DNA of 64,000 bases. Source: a virus. The position numbers and the translations under genes are program-made. The stretch lies in IMG/VR virus record IMGVR_UViG_3300006224_000008, positions 9,571 to 73,570 of that record. One strand, 5' to 3'. Positions 29,501 through 38,777 of the stretch are shown here, one piece after another (the stretch's first letter is position 1; each line of letters starts with the position of its first letter). The notes under the pieces were generated by a model. That model did no database searches. It was not told where the DNA came from and worked only from the letters and a program-made list of their open reading frames with translations.

Positions 29501-30460
29501 ACAATTCCCAGCGCAGAGGTAGCCTTTGATGCCAGCAAAGTAGTCGAGGGCGTCTGACGCGTTGGTTGCGTAGGCGTTTATGAAGAAACCGCCCGTCGCA
29601 AGGGAACTGAGCAGCCGGTACCCCTTCCCGGCTGCTCTCGTACCTAGACACATCACGATGCCACCACCGTTCCTGAAATCAGTAGCCAACGCGATTGGGT
29701 TGTTCGCGTCGTTGTAGCTCGGGGTCAGATCTTCACCGTCCGAAATAATCGCCAAAACCTTCTGGTCAGCCGACACTGAGGCAAGTTGCGCGATGGCGTC
29801 GTTCAGCGCATCGTAGAACGCCGTCAACTGTGCAGTCTGCGTTATGCCCGCCACCAGGGTCTCCACCGCTGCGGTATCTGATGTTGGCGTAGCCAGCGCG
29901 ACGGTTTCAGCCGCATTGAACGTCATCAATCCGATGAGGTCCTTTGTGCCATCAACCTCTCCGGAGAATCGAACGCCAGCCGCTTTGGCAAAGGCAAGGC
30001 GTGACGCGTAATCCGCGTTGAAGAGCTGCGACATGGATTTGGATGTATCGATGAGCAGCAGCATCGCGACGGTTTGCTGCGAGCAGCAATTGTCCCCGGC
30101 AATAACCGTGACCTCAGAGTAAGCGGTTGTGCCTTCGTACGTGGCGGAAATCGACGCGGAACCGACCCCGGTGCCTGTGGCGTTTCCCGACATCGCGCCA
30201 ATCATGGCGACATCGAGATTCGAACTCGCAAAAACGGCTTCGCCGGTGACATCGGTCTCAACCCCGTTGTTGACTGAGTACGCCTTGAATTGGATCGAGC
30301 CGAAAGGGCAGGTAAGCGCCATGCCGGGCTTGATGAGCAGAGTGGTCGGAGTTGGGCAAAGCGTTGGATTGGCCAGTGCAAACGCCGGATCGGAACACCG
30401 AGGGTCGGTTGGTGCCACAGTGTTGACGCAATCGGCAGTGAATATATTTCCGAAGCGCAT
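26504..30460 (-). CDS. Multidomain virion protein: Ig-like, vWA, carbohydrate-binding, DUF5977-like repeats, P-domain, metallophosphoesterase
   Basis: FASSN..VA (Big_2), LLIDTSKSM and SDGED (vWA MIDAS), SWIFEGSNDG (F5/8C), SQADAD repeats, HTYPDD..GAWSLW (P-domain), GD/GNHD/GHEH (phosphoesterase). Confidence 0.8.
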   Translation of the reverse strand: MRFGNIFTADCVNTVAPTDPRCSDPAFALANPTLCPTPTTLLIKPGMALTCPFGSIQFKAYSVNNGVETDVTGEAVFASSNLDVAMIGAMSGNATGTGVGSASISATYEGTTAYSEVTVIAGDNCCSQQTVAMLLLIDTSKSMSQLFNADYASRLAFAKAAGVRFSGEVDGTKDLIGLMTFNAAETVALATPTSDTAAVETLVAGITQTAQLTAFYDALNDAIAQLASVSADQKVLAIISDGEDLTPSYNDANNPIALATDFRNGGGIVMCLGTRAAGKGYRLLSSLATGGFFINAYATNASDALDYFAGIKGYLCAGNCRPDGDEYQYKGVLNYTAFANWDVVNGAVDLQGNGFFDYLPGNGLYVDLVSGTQDPALDNKGRLESKTAFTLTAGHVYRVTVGLAGNQIIDATPYTARIRVFYLNDDSEHTPIYLLSQTVTIDDYTQDFQNFAYSFTAAGAHDVYVSVEQLDIPDDADLRVGLLLNSVKFEDITNLTTLIDDDFDTENLTYVPPKCGTGTISVWISEVAGYGYIIGTYCYGGDCLDTPPPIQAEDPSPLPDIESGTTPPPPTITYTSTKSATASCPTGSTNPNTTNLVPAMTSNTAPSGVVSASPDVTAISLWEQTYIAGMPASLAAFYAFKGTKSLDYQWGTSVYGAANPWVKYQFAAAKTIDAYEITCGSRLTVPQSWIFEGSNDGTNFTQLDSRANILPWSDAGTKRFEFINATAYLYYRFRFTKGTNYDVTTTGIFFTLSNIALFGSTETGAVTETATATATATSTISQADADTKAYDAALAAAHALLHCEFVYTSTQSYTAKCPIGESGANVTRSATATSYNSQQEADDAALAAATALAQAALDCTLSTNTQKITINDAVTGAASAATPYPTTKYVEDETGVVTKIVVSINGFTHTYPDDVLVVLRTPDGRRVELMRSCGGAVAVSGVDLVFDDEAGASLPDATEISSGTYAPTHFGVAMDFPAPLEAGPYLPNLAAACVGTPLDPNGAWSLWVIDRATLNTGTIDSWDLTLTTETAEPYLLYGFSDTARTVDEALVELMLTHVPAVANGFICPGDIMGTPALLDPEEDWQNFWDFGFSALVAETLYAPGNHDWLGESAAEQAATRSFWDGSYAAVYGGAFPATVLVTDPVDFRYTAKFGIWKFIVFNSAETDSEPNTFEPGGTAYDWIASELTEVGYQYVLVGHMPRWSAGTTHGDDATFDSLWQLAVSQGAIAWISGHEHTSQIHTARAGDGTPDVTGCTQIICGGGSSNLYAINGAYTPAVEYAVSNNALLRLILTESSLSICFVGTNGNVIAGSQVTISV

Positions 30461-30466
30461 AGGCGA

Positions 30467-32149
30467 TTATGGTTGGCCCCAGACGTAGCTGAAGATTCCG
30501 CACTGCCGTTCAGCCACCAGGACTTCGAGCCGCATGGTAGCCAGTTGATACCCCATCGAATCTGCCATTTGGTTGGCAAGCGACTGAGACGTGGCTGAGA
30601 CTTCGTGTGCTTCGACCGTGACATTGACGATGCACTGGCAGCTAAATGGCCAGACAGTCAACGGCACAATCGATTGCCGTGTGATGGTCCGTGCCTCATT
30701 CCAATAGACCTGCACATCGGGACACGTTCCAGCGTCGATCAGCGCTTGGTTTGCCAGATTCTGAGCCTGCGTAGCGGCTTCGGCATCCGCCTCAGCCTGG
30801 GAATGAGTGGACGAATACTCGTGTTCGGCCACAGTCGCCTCTTCCGAGATTCCCGGGTCAGTCGCGCAAACTGCCGACCGACTGACTGTGCGATTCCAGT
30901 AGACACACGTGAGTTGGGCACCCGCCTGCTGCAACGCCAAAGCCATTGCCTGCTCGTTTGCGTCCGCCTTAGAGATAGTTGACGTGACCGTTCCGGCCGG
31001 GATTGTCACCGTGACAGGGTCACCTTCGGGAACCGGAGCGCCTGCTGAATGTTCGCAAGCCGCCGTTGCGGTCTGGGCGTCATTAAAATAAGTGACTGCC
31101 TCCACCGTGCAAACTAACTGAGCCTGAGCCTGCCGTTCGGCTTCGTCTTGAGCTTTTTGATTCGCGTCGGCGACGGAGATGGAGGAACCAACCGTCCCCG
31201 CCGGGATCGTAACCGTGACAGGGTTGCCAGTGTACCCGTCCGGACAATGCGCAGTGGCTGTCTGTGCGGAATTGTGGTAGAGCGTGACAAGGCTCTGAGG
31301 GCTGCCGCGTGCCCGAGACGGCTCACATTCCCTGAGTCTATTCTCTTCCGTGCATTGATGCATGAGCATCGCTCTGGCTTCGTTGTAACCCGCGAGCGCC
31401 CTCGCCGCTTCGTCCGCATCATGCCCGTACTTGTCTTGATGATCCCACCGCACCCACGCTTCGACGGCCCTCGTAAGTAGCGGATCTTCATCCACCAAGT
31501 CGGCGTCTGTCCAGATGCGCTTGATACCATCCCATTTGATGACCACGGACTCTGTGCTCTGAATCCAGGGGGCGATGTAGAGTTTTCCGCGCTCGATAGC
31601 CCACCGACCGGCCAGCGCACGGCTGATGGTCGAATCCGTTGACGTTTGCGGATAGTGGTACCCAAGGGGCAACAGCGGCAGGCCAGCGGGCACGCCTTCA
31701 TCCGTCGGTACCGGGTAACACGCCTTTGTGCAGGCGTCGCCACTGAGGGCAAAATAGGCGGGAATACTAAGGCAACATCCCGCGGCGGAACTTTGGTACA
31801 GGAACCGTTTCACCGAGCAAAAATCGACTGGGGTATAGACGATCTCCGAGCACCAATCGTCTTCGGCATCGGCATCTTCCAGCCCGGTTTCTGGATCGAT
31901 CTTGTCGATGACGGATACGGATTGGATGTTCCCCCTGGGCGCGTCGAGTACGGTGAGCCCGCAGTTGTAGAATGTGGCGCAGTGGGGGATGACGTCCGTA
32001 TTATCCTGTTGAAGGCAGTCCACCCAGGTCTGAAGGTCAATCAGGGCGTCTACGAAGGCTTTGTTGTGGGCCGCGACAAGACTGCTTGCTTCACCGCCAG
32101 GAAAGACTCGCTGGCGAACATCGGTCTTTAACTGGCCGAAAGTGTACAC
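30467..32149 (-). CDS. Head-tail adaptor-like protein with C-terminal DUF5977-like repeats
   Basis: MYTFGQLKTDVRQR N-terminus is typical of adaptors. Repeats of Y.N.AQTATA.C..PVTVTIPAGTV.S.IS.ADAN. Confidence 0.65.
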   Translation of the reverse strand: MYTFGQLKTDVRQRVFPGGEASSLVAAHNKAFVDALIDLQTWVDCLQQDNTDVIPHCATFYNCGLTVLDAPRGNIQSVSVIDKIDPETGLEDADAEDDWCSEIVYTPVDFCSVKRFLYQSSAAGCCLSIPAYFALSGDACTKACYPVPTDEGVPAGLPLLPLGYHYPQTSTDSTISRALAGRWAIERGKLYIAPWIQSTESVVIKWDGIKRIWTDADLVDEDPLLTRAVEAWVRWDHQDKYGHDADEAARALAGYNEARAMLMHQCTEENRLRECEPSRARGSPQSLVTLYHNSAQTATAHCPDGYTGNPVTVTIPAGTVGSSISVADANQKAQDEAERQAQAQLVCTVEAVTYFNDAQTATAACEHSAGAPVPEGDPVTVTIPAGTVTSTISKADANEQAMALALQQAGAQLTCVYWNRTVSRSAVCATDPGISEEATVAEHEYSSTHSQAEADAEAATQAQNLANQALIDAGTCPDVQVYWNEARTITRQSIVPLTVWPFSCQCIVNVTVEAHEVSATSQSLANQMADSMGYQLATMRLEVLVAERQCGIFSYVWGQP

Positions 32150-32152
32150 AGG

Positions 32153-32641
32153 TTAGTCGCCTTCTCCGACTGCTTCCCGGCGACTGATACGCCGCGTAGT
32201 CGGGCGAAACTTGGGCGGTTCCTGGTTCAGTGCGATCTGGGCCTCTCCATTCTGGGGAGCTGGTGCTGTCTGTTGCACTGGCGGGGTTGGCTTAGCCGCA
32301 AGAGGGGTTGGCCGGTTACCCGCAACTGCGGCAACCGGATTGAACACGGCTGGCCTGATGGAAGGCGGCAAGGCGCGCAGCATGTCTTTTTTCAAGCGCG
32401 GCGCGGATGGATTGAACGGATGGAGCGCTTTTTTTTTCCGGTACTCGTCGGCAGTGATCTTGATGATGCCTCCCCGGTGCTTCGCCGCAGCGGCATTCAA
32501 CCCGGCGACAAGGTCAGGTTGGTGTTCCGGGTCAATTTCGAGCACGCCGCGATTCCCGTCCAGGGTCTCCCATTCCACCACCTTGCCAGCAATCATGATG
32601 GGGTTTGAGATGAGTTCCTTTGAAAAGTATTGGAGGTCCAT
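32153..32641 (-). CDS. Hypothetical protein downstream of the capsid gene
   Basis: 162-aa ORF within the operon, with a Pro-rich C-terminus. Confidence 0.7.
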   Translation of the reverse strand: MDLQYFSKELISNPIMIAGKVVEWETLDGNRGVLEIDPEHQPDLVAGLNAAAAKHRGGIIKITADEYRKKKALHPFNPSAPRLKKDMLRALPPSIRPAVFNPVAAVAGNRPTPLAAKPTPPVQQTAPAPQNGEAQIALNQEPPKFRPTTRRISRREAVGEGD

Positions 32642-32644
32642 AAT

Positions 32645-32695
32645 ATCCGCCGCTAATCAGAACGGCGGATCGACTTTGGGGTCAACCCGCCGTTC
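32645..32695 (-). promoter_or_regulatory. Stem-loop after the capsid gene, with an alternative RBS-sequestering pairing
   Basis: GAACGGCGG..CCGCCGTTC at 32660-32695. Segment 32645-32654 can also pair with 32661-32670. No U-tract. Confidence 0.5.
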
Positions 32696-32721
32696 ATGTC
32701 AAATCAAACCGTTCGCACGGC

Positions 32722-34440
32722 TTACTGTGGAGCCGTGGTGGTTGTGGTCGTCGTCAGGGTGCCAGGATACGTACCCACCAACGTCGCGTGTTCGGGAATT
32801 TCGCTGCTGAAATTCTCGATGATGAGATTGGCCGACGGGCATTCCACGATCATCGTCCAGGTAACGCTGGTAAGCGTCTGCTGCTGCGTGTTCACCGCCA
32901 TGACGCAGGCATAGTCGGCGTTGATCTTGGCCAGTGTTTCCAGGTCGCCGGTGCGGTGCACCTTGCGATTGGAGGCGAGGATACCCGGGTAGATTCCGGC
33001 AAAATCCAATATCCAGAGCACCCTCGCCGTGTCCGCCTGACCGGCAGCCGTTGCCGCCGTCAGGTAATCGTCGAAATAGTAGTGGGTCACGACGTTGAAT
33101 TCCACGCCTTGCGGCCAGAATAACGGGTAGGTGCGGAAGCTGAACCCGAAGTTCGCTCTCTTGGCTTTGCCGAACGTCTCCACCGGGACCATCAGCCGGG
33201 CCATGCCATCGGATTTGCTGTTGTAGTACTTGATCATGGCCTGATTGATGAGTTCGGCCGTGACCCCGTCCGTGAAGACGTCGAAAACCTTTGGATTCGG
33301 GTGATTGCGGCCCTCGCGGACACGCATCATGTTGTAGAACGCCTGGAACAGCGCTGGGAGGTTGAGCTGGGTGCCCTGGGAATCATGAACCCGACCGCAC
33401 TCGGCCATCAGTTCGTAGATCCCGATGGCGTTCGCTCGCTTGCCAACACAGGTGCCGCCATCCACGCCCAGGAGTGTCGAGGCAATATCGAATGCGGGGA
33501 TGTCCTCCAGATCGGCGTAATCAGTCGCATTCTGGTTCGCCAGGGCTTTGCCCCAGAACATCTGATCCACAAACCGGCGCTGCCAGTCGTTCGCGATCTG
33601 TTTGTTCTTCTCGATCTCGTCGAGATCGAAGAACTCCTTGTACAGGGCGTTGTCGGCCATGACCAGTTCTCGCCACTTGTCGTACTGGTCGCTCTTGCAC
33701 ATGCTGTTGCGGACGGTTTCCACCCAGAACGGAACGTTCTTCCAGTTCAGGTAGGCGGGCATTTCGGCGCACCATTTCTCGAAATCGTTCACGTTGGGCG
33801 TGCCGCGCCGGGCGAGGCCGGTCACTGGACTGCCCAGTTTATCGGCGTCGAGGAATGACCCCGTGTTCTCCTGCGTCAAATTGAGCGTGAGCGTGTCATC
33901 GCCGTTATCGGTCACCGCGGCGACTTTCCATGCTGTCTTCGTGGAGCTTCCGCCCTCCGAAACGCCATCGATGAAAATACGCAACCCAACGGGGAAGGAA
34001 CGGACGTCGGCTGGAATGTTCGTGCTGGATGCGACGATGATCTGCCAGTCAATGCCTTCGAGAGCGGGATCGTTGCCGCCGGTAACCAGCCAATACGCGT
34101 TGTTGATTGGGGAATACTGGCGGGCGAGAATGAATGGCGCGATTTCCAGGAGGCCACCGGGCAGCCGCCGGGTCTGCATCGTTTTATGAACGGCGACCTT
34201 GTTCGCCATGAAGAAGTCGTACAAACCGTTCTGGACGGCCTCGCACATCTTGATCTCCATGTCGTGATGGAAAAGCGCTTCCATCACGCGGAACTCACCG
34301 GTTTTCATATAGGCGCTGGTGAGATCGCCTTCGGTCATCGGTTTGGCGCTACAAATCGTTACCGATCCGCACTGCTTGATGTTGGTCGAGATCGCGGGAG
34401 CGCACTTCGCGAATGCATTGGCATTGAGAGCAAAACTCAT
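32722..34440 (-). CDS. Major capsid protein with C-terminal poly-Thr tail
   Basis: Follows the portal and scaffold genes. 572 aa, R..AIGIYE motif, followed by a hairpin, ends GTLTTTTTTTAPQ. Confidence 0.72.
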   Translation of the reverse strand: MSFALNANAFAKCAPAISTNIKQCGSVTICSAKPMTEGDLTSAYMKTGEFRVMEALFHHDMEIKMCEAVQNGLYDFFMANKVAVHKTMQTRRLPGGLLEIAPFILARQYSPINNAYWLVTGGNDPALEGIDWQIIVASSTNIPADVRSFPVGLRIFIDGVSEGGSSTKTAWKVAAVTDNGDDTLTLNLTQENTGSFLDADKLGSPVTGLARRGTPNVNDFEKWCAEMPAYLNWKNVPFWVETVRNSMCKSDQYDKWRELVMADNALYKEFFDLDEIEKNKQIANDWQRRFVDQMFWGKALANQNATDYADLEDIPAFDIASTLLGVDGGTCVGKRANAIGIYELMAECGRVHDSQGTQLNLPALFQAFYNMMRVREGRNHPNPKVFDVFTDGVTAELINQAMIKYYNSKSDGMARLMVPVETFGKAKRANFGFSFRTYPLFWPQGVEFNVVTHYYFDDYLTAATAAGQADTARVLWILDFAGIYPGILASNRKVHRTGDLETLAKINADYACVMAVNTQQQTLTSVTWTMIVECPSANLIIENFSSEIPEHATLVGTYPGTLTTTTTTTAPQ

Positions 34441-34482
34441 ATTCGTTAGTTGGTTGTGCGGCTACTGCCGCGTTACACCCAA

Positions 34483-35955
34483 CTAACGTTTACCAAGAAA
34501 GCGCTCGCCAAAAGCTCTAAGTGGATTTGGGTCGTTGTTCGCAGCGGCCTTTGCTGTCGCAGCCACAATTGACTCCGCGCCGACGGTCGGTGAAAGCGGT
34601 TTCCCATCGGTTTCATCGAGTTCTCCTGCACCTTCGCCAGATTCGCCGGGACCCTTATCTGCGCTGTTTTCGGCAAGTTTGATCCCCCGCGCTTCAGCCC
34701 ACCGCCGGTGTTTTGCCTCCTCTTTTTCGATATTTTCCTTGGCAGTTTTCACTCTATCCGCTGCCCGAAGAGCCGCGAGGTCGGCCACGGACAGCGTCCA
34801 GTAGTAGCGTTCCCGCTCGGCTTTGGGGACTTTATAGTAGTCAGCGGCCGGTAAAAATGCCCTTCCTTTGGCGTCGAGTTTTTCCTGGTCCGGCAAGGCC
34901 GCGATGCGCATTTCCTCTTTTTCAGCAAACTGGCCAAGCTCAACGTGCATCTCATTCTTGGGGTCGTATTCCGTCAAGCCGTTGAGAAGTTTGTACAGTT
35001 CTGCGGTCTCGTTTTCGAGAGCCACAGCGCTCTGAACCTGTAATTCGAACCCAGTTGGATCGGCCTTTTGCAGCGCCTCCAGCTTAGCCTGATCCACAAC
35101 ACCCCGTTCATTCACGAGGTCTTTATATGCATCGCCCAGGCGAGACCAGAATTGCCGGGCTGCTGACACTTGCTCCTGATTTATGATTGGTGTCGCTTCA
35201 CGCAGTCGTTCTTTGGTCTCCAGCTTCGAGAGCTTTTCAGAGAGTGGTTTACGTTCAGCCTCCAGGCGCTTGTCGGTCCGGATGTCTGCCAGAGCTTCCG
35301 TGTAATCGTCGTCATCCCATTCGATGTCGTTCTCAGCGAAAAACTCCTCGTGTTCCTCGGCGGATTCATCGAATTCTTTCCCTGGATTTTCCTTCTCCCA
35401 GTTCGCGGCGTACTCGCGCAGTTTACGGACGGAGGTTCGATATTTGTCGGCCAGACCGGTGTACTTCTCCGCATAGAGCTTCTCCATCCTCGTAAGGACT
35501 GCCACCTTACGTTCCTCTTGCGGTGTGGGCTCGTCTGGCTTCGGTCCCGATTCGGGTCCGGTCTGTCTACCCAGGGCTTTCGCTACTCCCGCTGCGGCCG
35601 CTTCGGCGATCTTTTCGCCTGTCAGGGGTTCGGCTTCACGTTTGGGCGGGACAACGGGGGTTACCTTGGGGCGCGACTGGGCTTTGGGTTTTCCCGTTGC
35701 TGCACCAGCCTCAGGCTTCCCCAATTTTTTTTCGTCTTTCTTGGACGGCTCGATCTTGATGCCCAAATGCCGGGACATAAACGCCTCAACTCCGGAGAGA
35801 TCAGCGGGTTTTTTGTCGGCCGGTTCCTTTGGTGCGGCTGGTGCCCCTTCGCCACCTGCTGGCGGCGCCGGTGCTGCCGCGGCCGGGGGAGTTGCCACCG
35901 CAGCCCCTGCCCCTGGATCATCCGGGCTAAGTAAGATGTTGGATTTGAGCAACAT
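34483..35955 (-). CDS. Capsid scaffolding protein
   Basis: Pro/Ala/Glu/Lys-rich and helical, immediately upstream of the capsid gene. Confidence 0.65.
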   Translation of the reverse strand: MLLKSNILLSPDDPGAGAAVATPPAAAAPAPPAGGEGAPAAPKEPADKKPADLSGVEAFMSRHLGIKIEPSKKDEKKLGKPEAGAATGKPKAQSRPKVTPVVPPKREAEPLTGEKIAEAAAAGVAKALGRQTGPESGPKPDEPTPQEERKVAVLTRMEKLYAEKYTGLADKYRTSVRKLREYAANWEKENPGKEFDESAEEHEEFFAENDIEWDDDDYTEALADIRTDKRLEAERKPLSEKLSKLETKERLREATPIINQEQVSAARQFWSRLGDAYKDLVNERGVVDQAKLEALQKADPTGFELQVQSAVALENETAELYKLLNGLTEYDPKNEMHVELGQFAEKEEMRIAALPDQEKLDAKGRAFLPAADYYKVPKAERERYYWTLSVADLAALRAADRVKTAKENIEKEEAKHRRWAEARGIKLAENSADKGPGESGEGAGELDETDGKPLSPTVGAESIVAATAKAAANNDPNPLRAFGERFLGKR

Positions 35956-35963
35956 AGTCGGGT

Positions 35964-36248
35964 CTAGGTCAATTTAACGGTCTGGAATATCTCCCGCTGT
36001 TCCAACATTTCGTTGAGGACGTCGAGGCAGATCTGGTAGCGCTGGGCCACACGTAACTTCGCATTCGCGGCATCGAGTTTCGCTCCATATTCCTTGGAAT
36101 CAACGGCATCGTGTAGTGCTTCAGCCTGGAAACGTTTGACCTGGGAGGCAACGACGCGGGCAAAAACCTCGCGGGCAGGTTGCCGCAGCCATGCTCGGAG
36201 GGCTCGATCAGCCTCGGCTGACAACGGTTCTAGCTGGCAGTCGATCAT
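35964..36248 (-). CDS. Small helical protein between portal and scaffold
   Basis: 94 aa, in a position conserved in podovirus head modules. Confidence 0.65.
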   Translation of the reverse strand: MIDCQLEPLSAEADRALRAWLRQPAREVFARVVASQVKRFQAEALHDAVDSKEYGAKLDAANAKLRVAQRYQICLDVLNEMLEQREIFQTVKLT

Positions 36249-36305
36249 GTGGACGTTAAACCTGTCACCGCCACATTTGGCAAGTATAATCGTCCAACGG
36301 GTAGG

Positions 36306-38768
36306 TTAGTCGGCTTTGGGAGATTTCGCCGCAATGGCCTGTTTTGTGGCGGCTTCCTCTTTCGCAATCGCCTGATCTGTTCGGCTTTCGACTGTTTTGA
36401 TCTGCATGTCGAGTGCCGCTTCCTCGGACTTGAGCTGCATGTCGAGGGCGTGTTTTTCCTGCTTGCGCCGCGCTTCGGCCTGGGCTTCGCTCTCGCGGAT
36501 CTGTTCCTTGGTGGCAGCTTCCCGGGCGGCGATGGCGTTCTTATCCTGCGTCTGCGCCGCGACTTCGTAAATCTTCATGAGCTGCTTAACAGCCGCTTCC
36601 AACTCCGCGATCTTCTGCTTGTCTTCGGCAACCGCTTCCGCTGCCGGTTGGCCGACCTTCTCCTGAACGGCCTGAAGGGTCGCTTGCTGGGCCTGTTGTA
36701 TGGCTTGTGTGATCATCGGTGTAAGACCGCCACCTTGCCCTTCGCCCTGCTGCATCGTTTGAAGTTTGAAGTCTTTCGGCGCGCCGCCCATGATGGCCGC
36801 TTGTTCGAGCAGAGAGATAAGCGCTTTCGGACCAATCTCCTGCACGAGCAACGGCTGCCCGGCAATGGCGCCGACCACCTGGAAAATGATCTGCGCTACC
36901 TCGGCGCTCTTATTGCGCTCAGGCCCCTGGTTGCTGGCGGCAAAACCTTCGAGTCGGAGGCCGCTTTTCTTGCCGTGCACAAGGAGTTTTTCTTCTCCGG
37001 GCCGATGGTTGAAGTCGAAGCCAAGCTCTTCAAGTATCTGATGGACATTCGGTATTGTCGTGGAGACCTGGGCCATGAAATTCGGATCTGCATAGGCCAT
37101 TCCAGCGTCATAGAGCTGAGCTTTCCACGCGTCGATTCCTTCATCGACATAAGAGCACGTGAACGCAACGCGGTTGGTACCGGCGTTACCGGTTTGGAGC
37201 ACTTCCGCTTTGCTTTGCTGGTGTGACGCCGCGGCGCCTGCCTCTTGCGCGCTGATTTGAAGAACGCGCTCCATCATGTTCAGTACGATCGGCAGCGCCT
37301 GGAGTAGTTCGACGATGCTCTGCTTGGCCAGATCGAGCGGCGCAAAGGCGTCTTTCGGGTTCAGTCCCTGGCGCGCCCATTTCATCGAGTCGAAAGGGAG
37401 GTATTGGCGAGAGCGATACCGCAGTTCACCGAGATTTTTCATTTTCTCGATCTCGGTCGAGGCGATCATGTTGGTATCGTAGAACGTGACGTTTTCGAGG
37501 TTTTGTTTCGCTGTCAGGATGATCTGCGAGAGGATGTTGCCGATGTGATCCTGCCACGGGATCAATTCCAGAGCCATCGACGACGTGCGCGCCGTCATTT
37601 CATCGTAGTCGTACCCCATGAACCAGAGCGGACTGTAAGCGCACGGCGCACACCACATGACTGTGTCATCGCCAGCAATGGTGAACCTGTGCCAGACCGG
37701 ATGGCTGTACTCCGCAAGACCCCACTGCGACGGCACGAGCTTCATGAAATAGTCAGTCACGAACACGGCTTTGTCTCGGTCGCCGGTGCCATAGAGAACA
37801 CGGTCCTCGCGCTTGCCAACCGTCGGGCCGATCTCGGGATACGACATCGCGCACGGATAGATCTCCTTGAAGTAATTACCAGCGAGCGGATGGTCGAACC
37901 AGTTGGTGCCGGACACGATCTTCTTACGGTTCCACAGGTCCCGGTTGTCCAGAACATCGCCGTAGGAGAGGACGTGCCAGTTCAAAGCCCATTCGCAACC
38001 GGTATTTGAATTGAGGCTCGTCAGCGGGTACCGGAGGTCGAATCCCATGCGAGTCGGGTGCGGATGGGTGTAGCGGATGCCTTCGCGCATCGTGACCTTT
38101 TCGACTGTCCCATTGGCATTTTCGACTTCCTGGCGTTCGCAATACCATTCCTCGCGTGGGAACGCGACCGAGATCCCATACTTGAGCATCTGCTGGATGC
38201 TCTGCCGAAGGACGGCCGGGTACCCCATCCACATCGAGATCGTGTTGACGAACTCCGTGATGAGTTCGCACAGAACACGGTTCCGCTGGGTGTTGATCCG
38301 GGGGTTGTAGGTCAGCAAGGGGGAAAGGTTCCGTTCGTTGAAGATCTTGGCCAACCGAACAGTGCAGTACGCCTTCGTGATCGGAATGAAGATCTGGTAG
38401 AAGACGGGAGGGTTAATCTGTAACATTTCCCTCCCGTCAGGCAGGGCTACACTAAGGAACAACTCCTCCTTCTTGAGCCCAAGCGCCTCCAATTCCTTTA
38501 GAGTTTCTTCAGCGGTCAGGTGCCTGGACAGCAGGTGATTGATGAACGTCGGTGTGGTCTGGGAGAACGGCGTCTCGTAGGCGATGTCGATGGCATGGAA
38601 GGCGCGATGATCGCGCAGACACAGTGCGTACGTGTCTTTCATCCGCGCCGAAATCAGGTTGATGAGGTCCCGTATCCGCCGGGGATACTCCGCGGGTTCA
38701 AGCGTGAAAATCTTCTTGTAGGGGCCTGAGTGGACCCCTCTCTTTTTGAGGTACTTGGGATCGATCAT
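36306..38768 (-). CDS. Portal protein
   Basis: 820 aa with an MLKYG motif and a Gln/Ala-rich coiled-coil C-terminus (P22-like barrel). First large gene of the head operon. Confidence 0.75.
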   Translation of the reverse strand: MIDPKYLKKRGVHSGPYKKIFTLEPAEYPRRIRDLINLISARMKDTYALCLRDHRAFHAIDIAYETPFSQTTPTFINHLLSRHLTAEETLKELEALGLKKEELFLSVALPDGREMLQINPPVFYQIFIPITKAYCTVRLAKIFNERNLSPLLTYNPRINTQRNRVLCELITEFVNTISMWMGYPAVLRQSIQQMLKYGISVAFPREEWYCERQEVENANGTVEKVTMREGIRYTHPHPTRMGFDLRYPLTSLNSNTGCEWALNWHVLSYGDVLDNRDLWNRKKIVSGTNWFDHPLAGNYFKEIYPCAMSYPEIGPTVGKREDRVLYGTGDRDKAVFVTDYFMKLVPSQWGLAEYSHPVWHRFTIAGDDTVMWCAPCAYSPLWFMGYDYDEMTARTSSMALELIPWQDHIGNILSQIILTAKQNLENVTFYDTNMIASTEIEKMKNLGELRYRSRQYLPFDSMKWARQGLNPKDAFAPLDLAKQSIVELLQALPIVLNMMERVLQISAQEAGAAASHQQSKAEVLQTGNAGTNRVAFTCSYVDEGIDAWKAQLYDAGMAYADPNFMAQVSTTIPNVHQILEELGFDFNHRPGEEKLLVHGKKSGLRLEGFAASNQGPERNKSAEVAQIIFQVVGAIAGQPLLVQEIGPKALISLLEQAAIMGGAPKDFKLQTMQQGEGQGGGLTPMITQAIQQAQQATLQAVQEKVGQPAAEAVAEDKQKIAELEAAVKQLMKIYEVAAQTQDKNAIAAREAATKEQIRESEAQAEARRKQEKHALDMQLKSEEAALDMQIKTVESRTDQAIAKEEAATKQAIAAKSPKAD

Positions 38769-38777
38769 AAGCGACCC

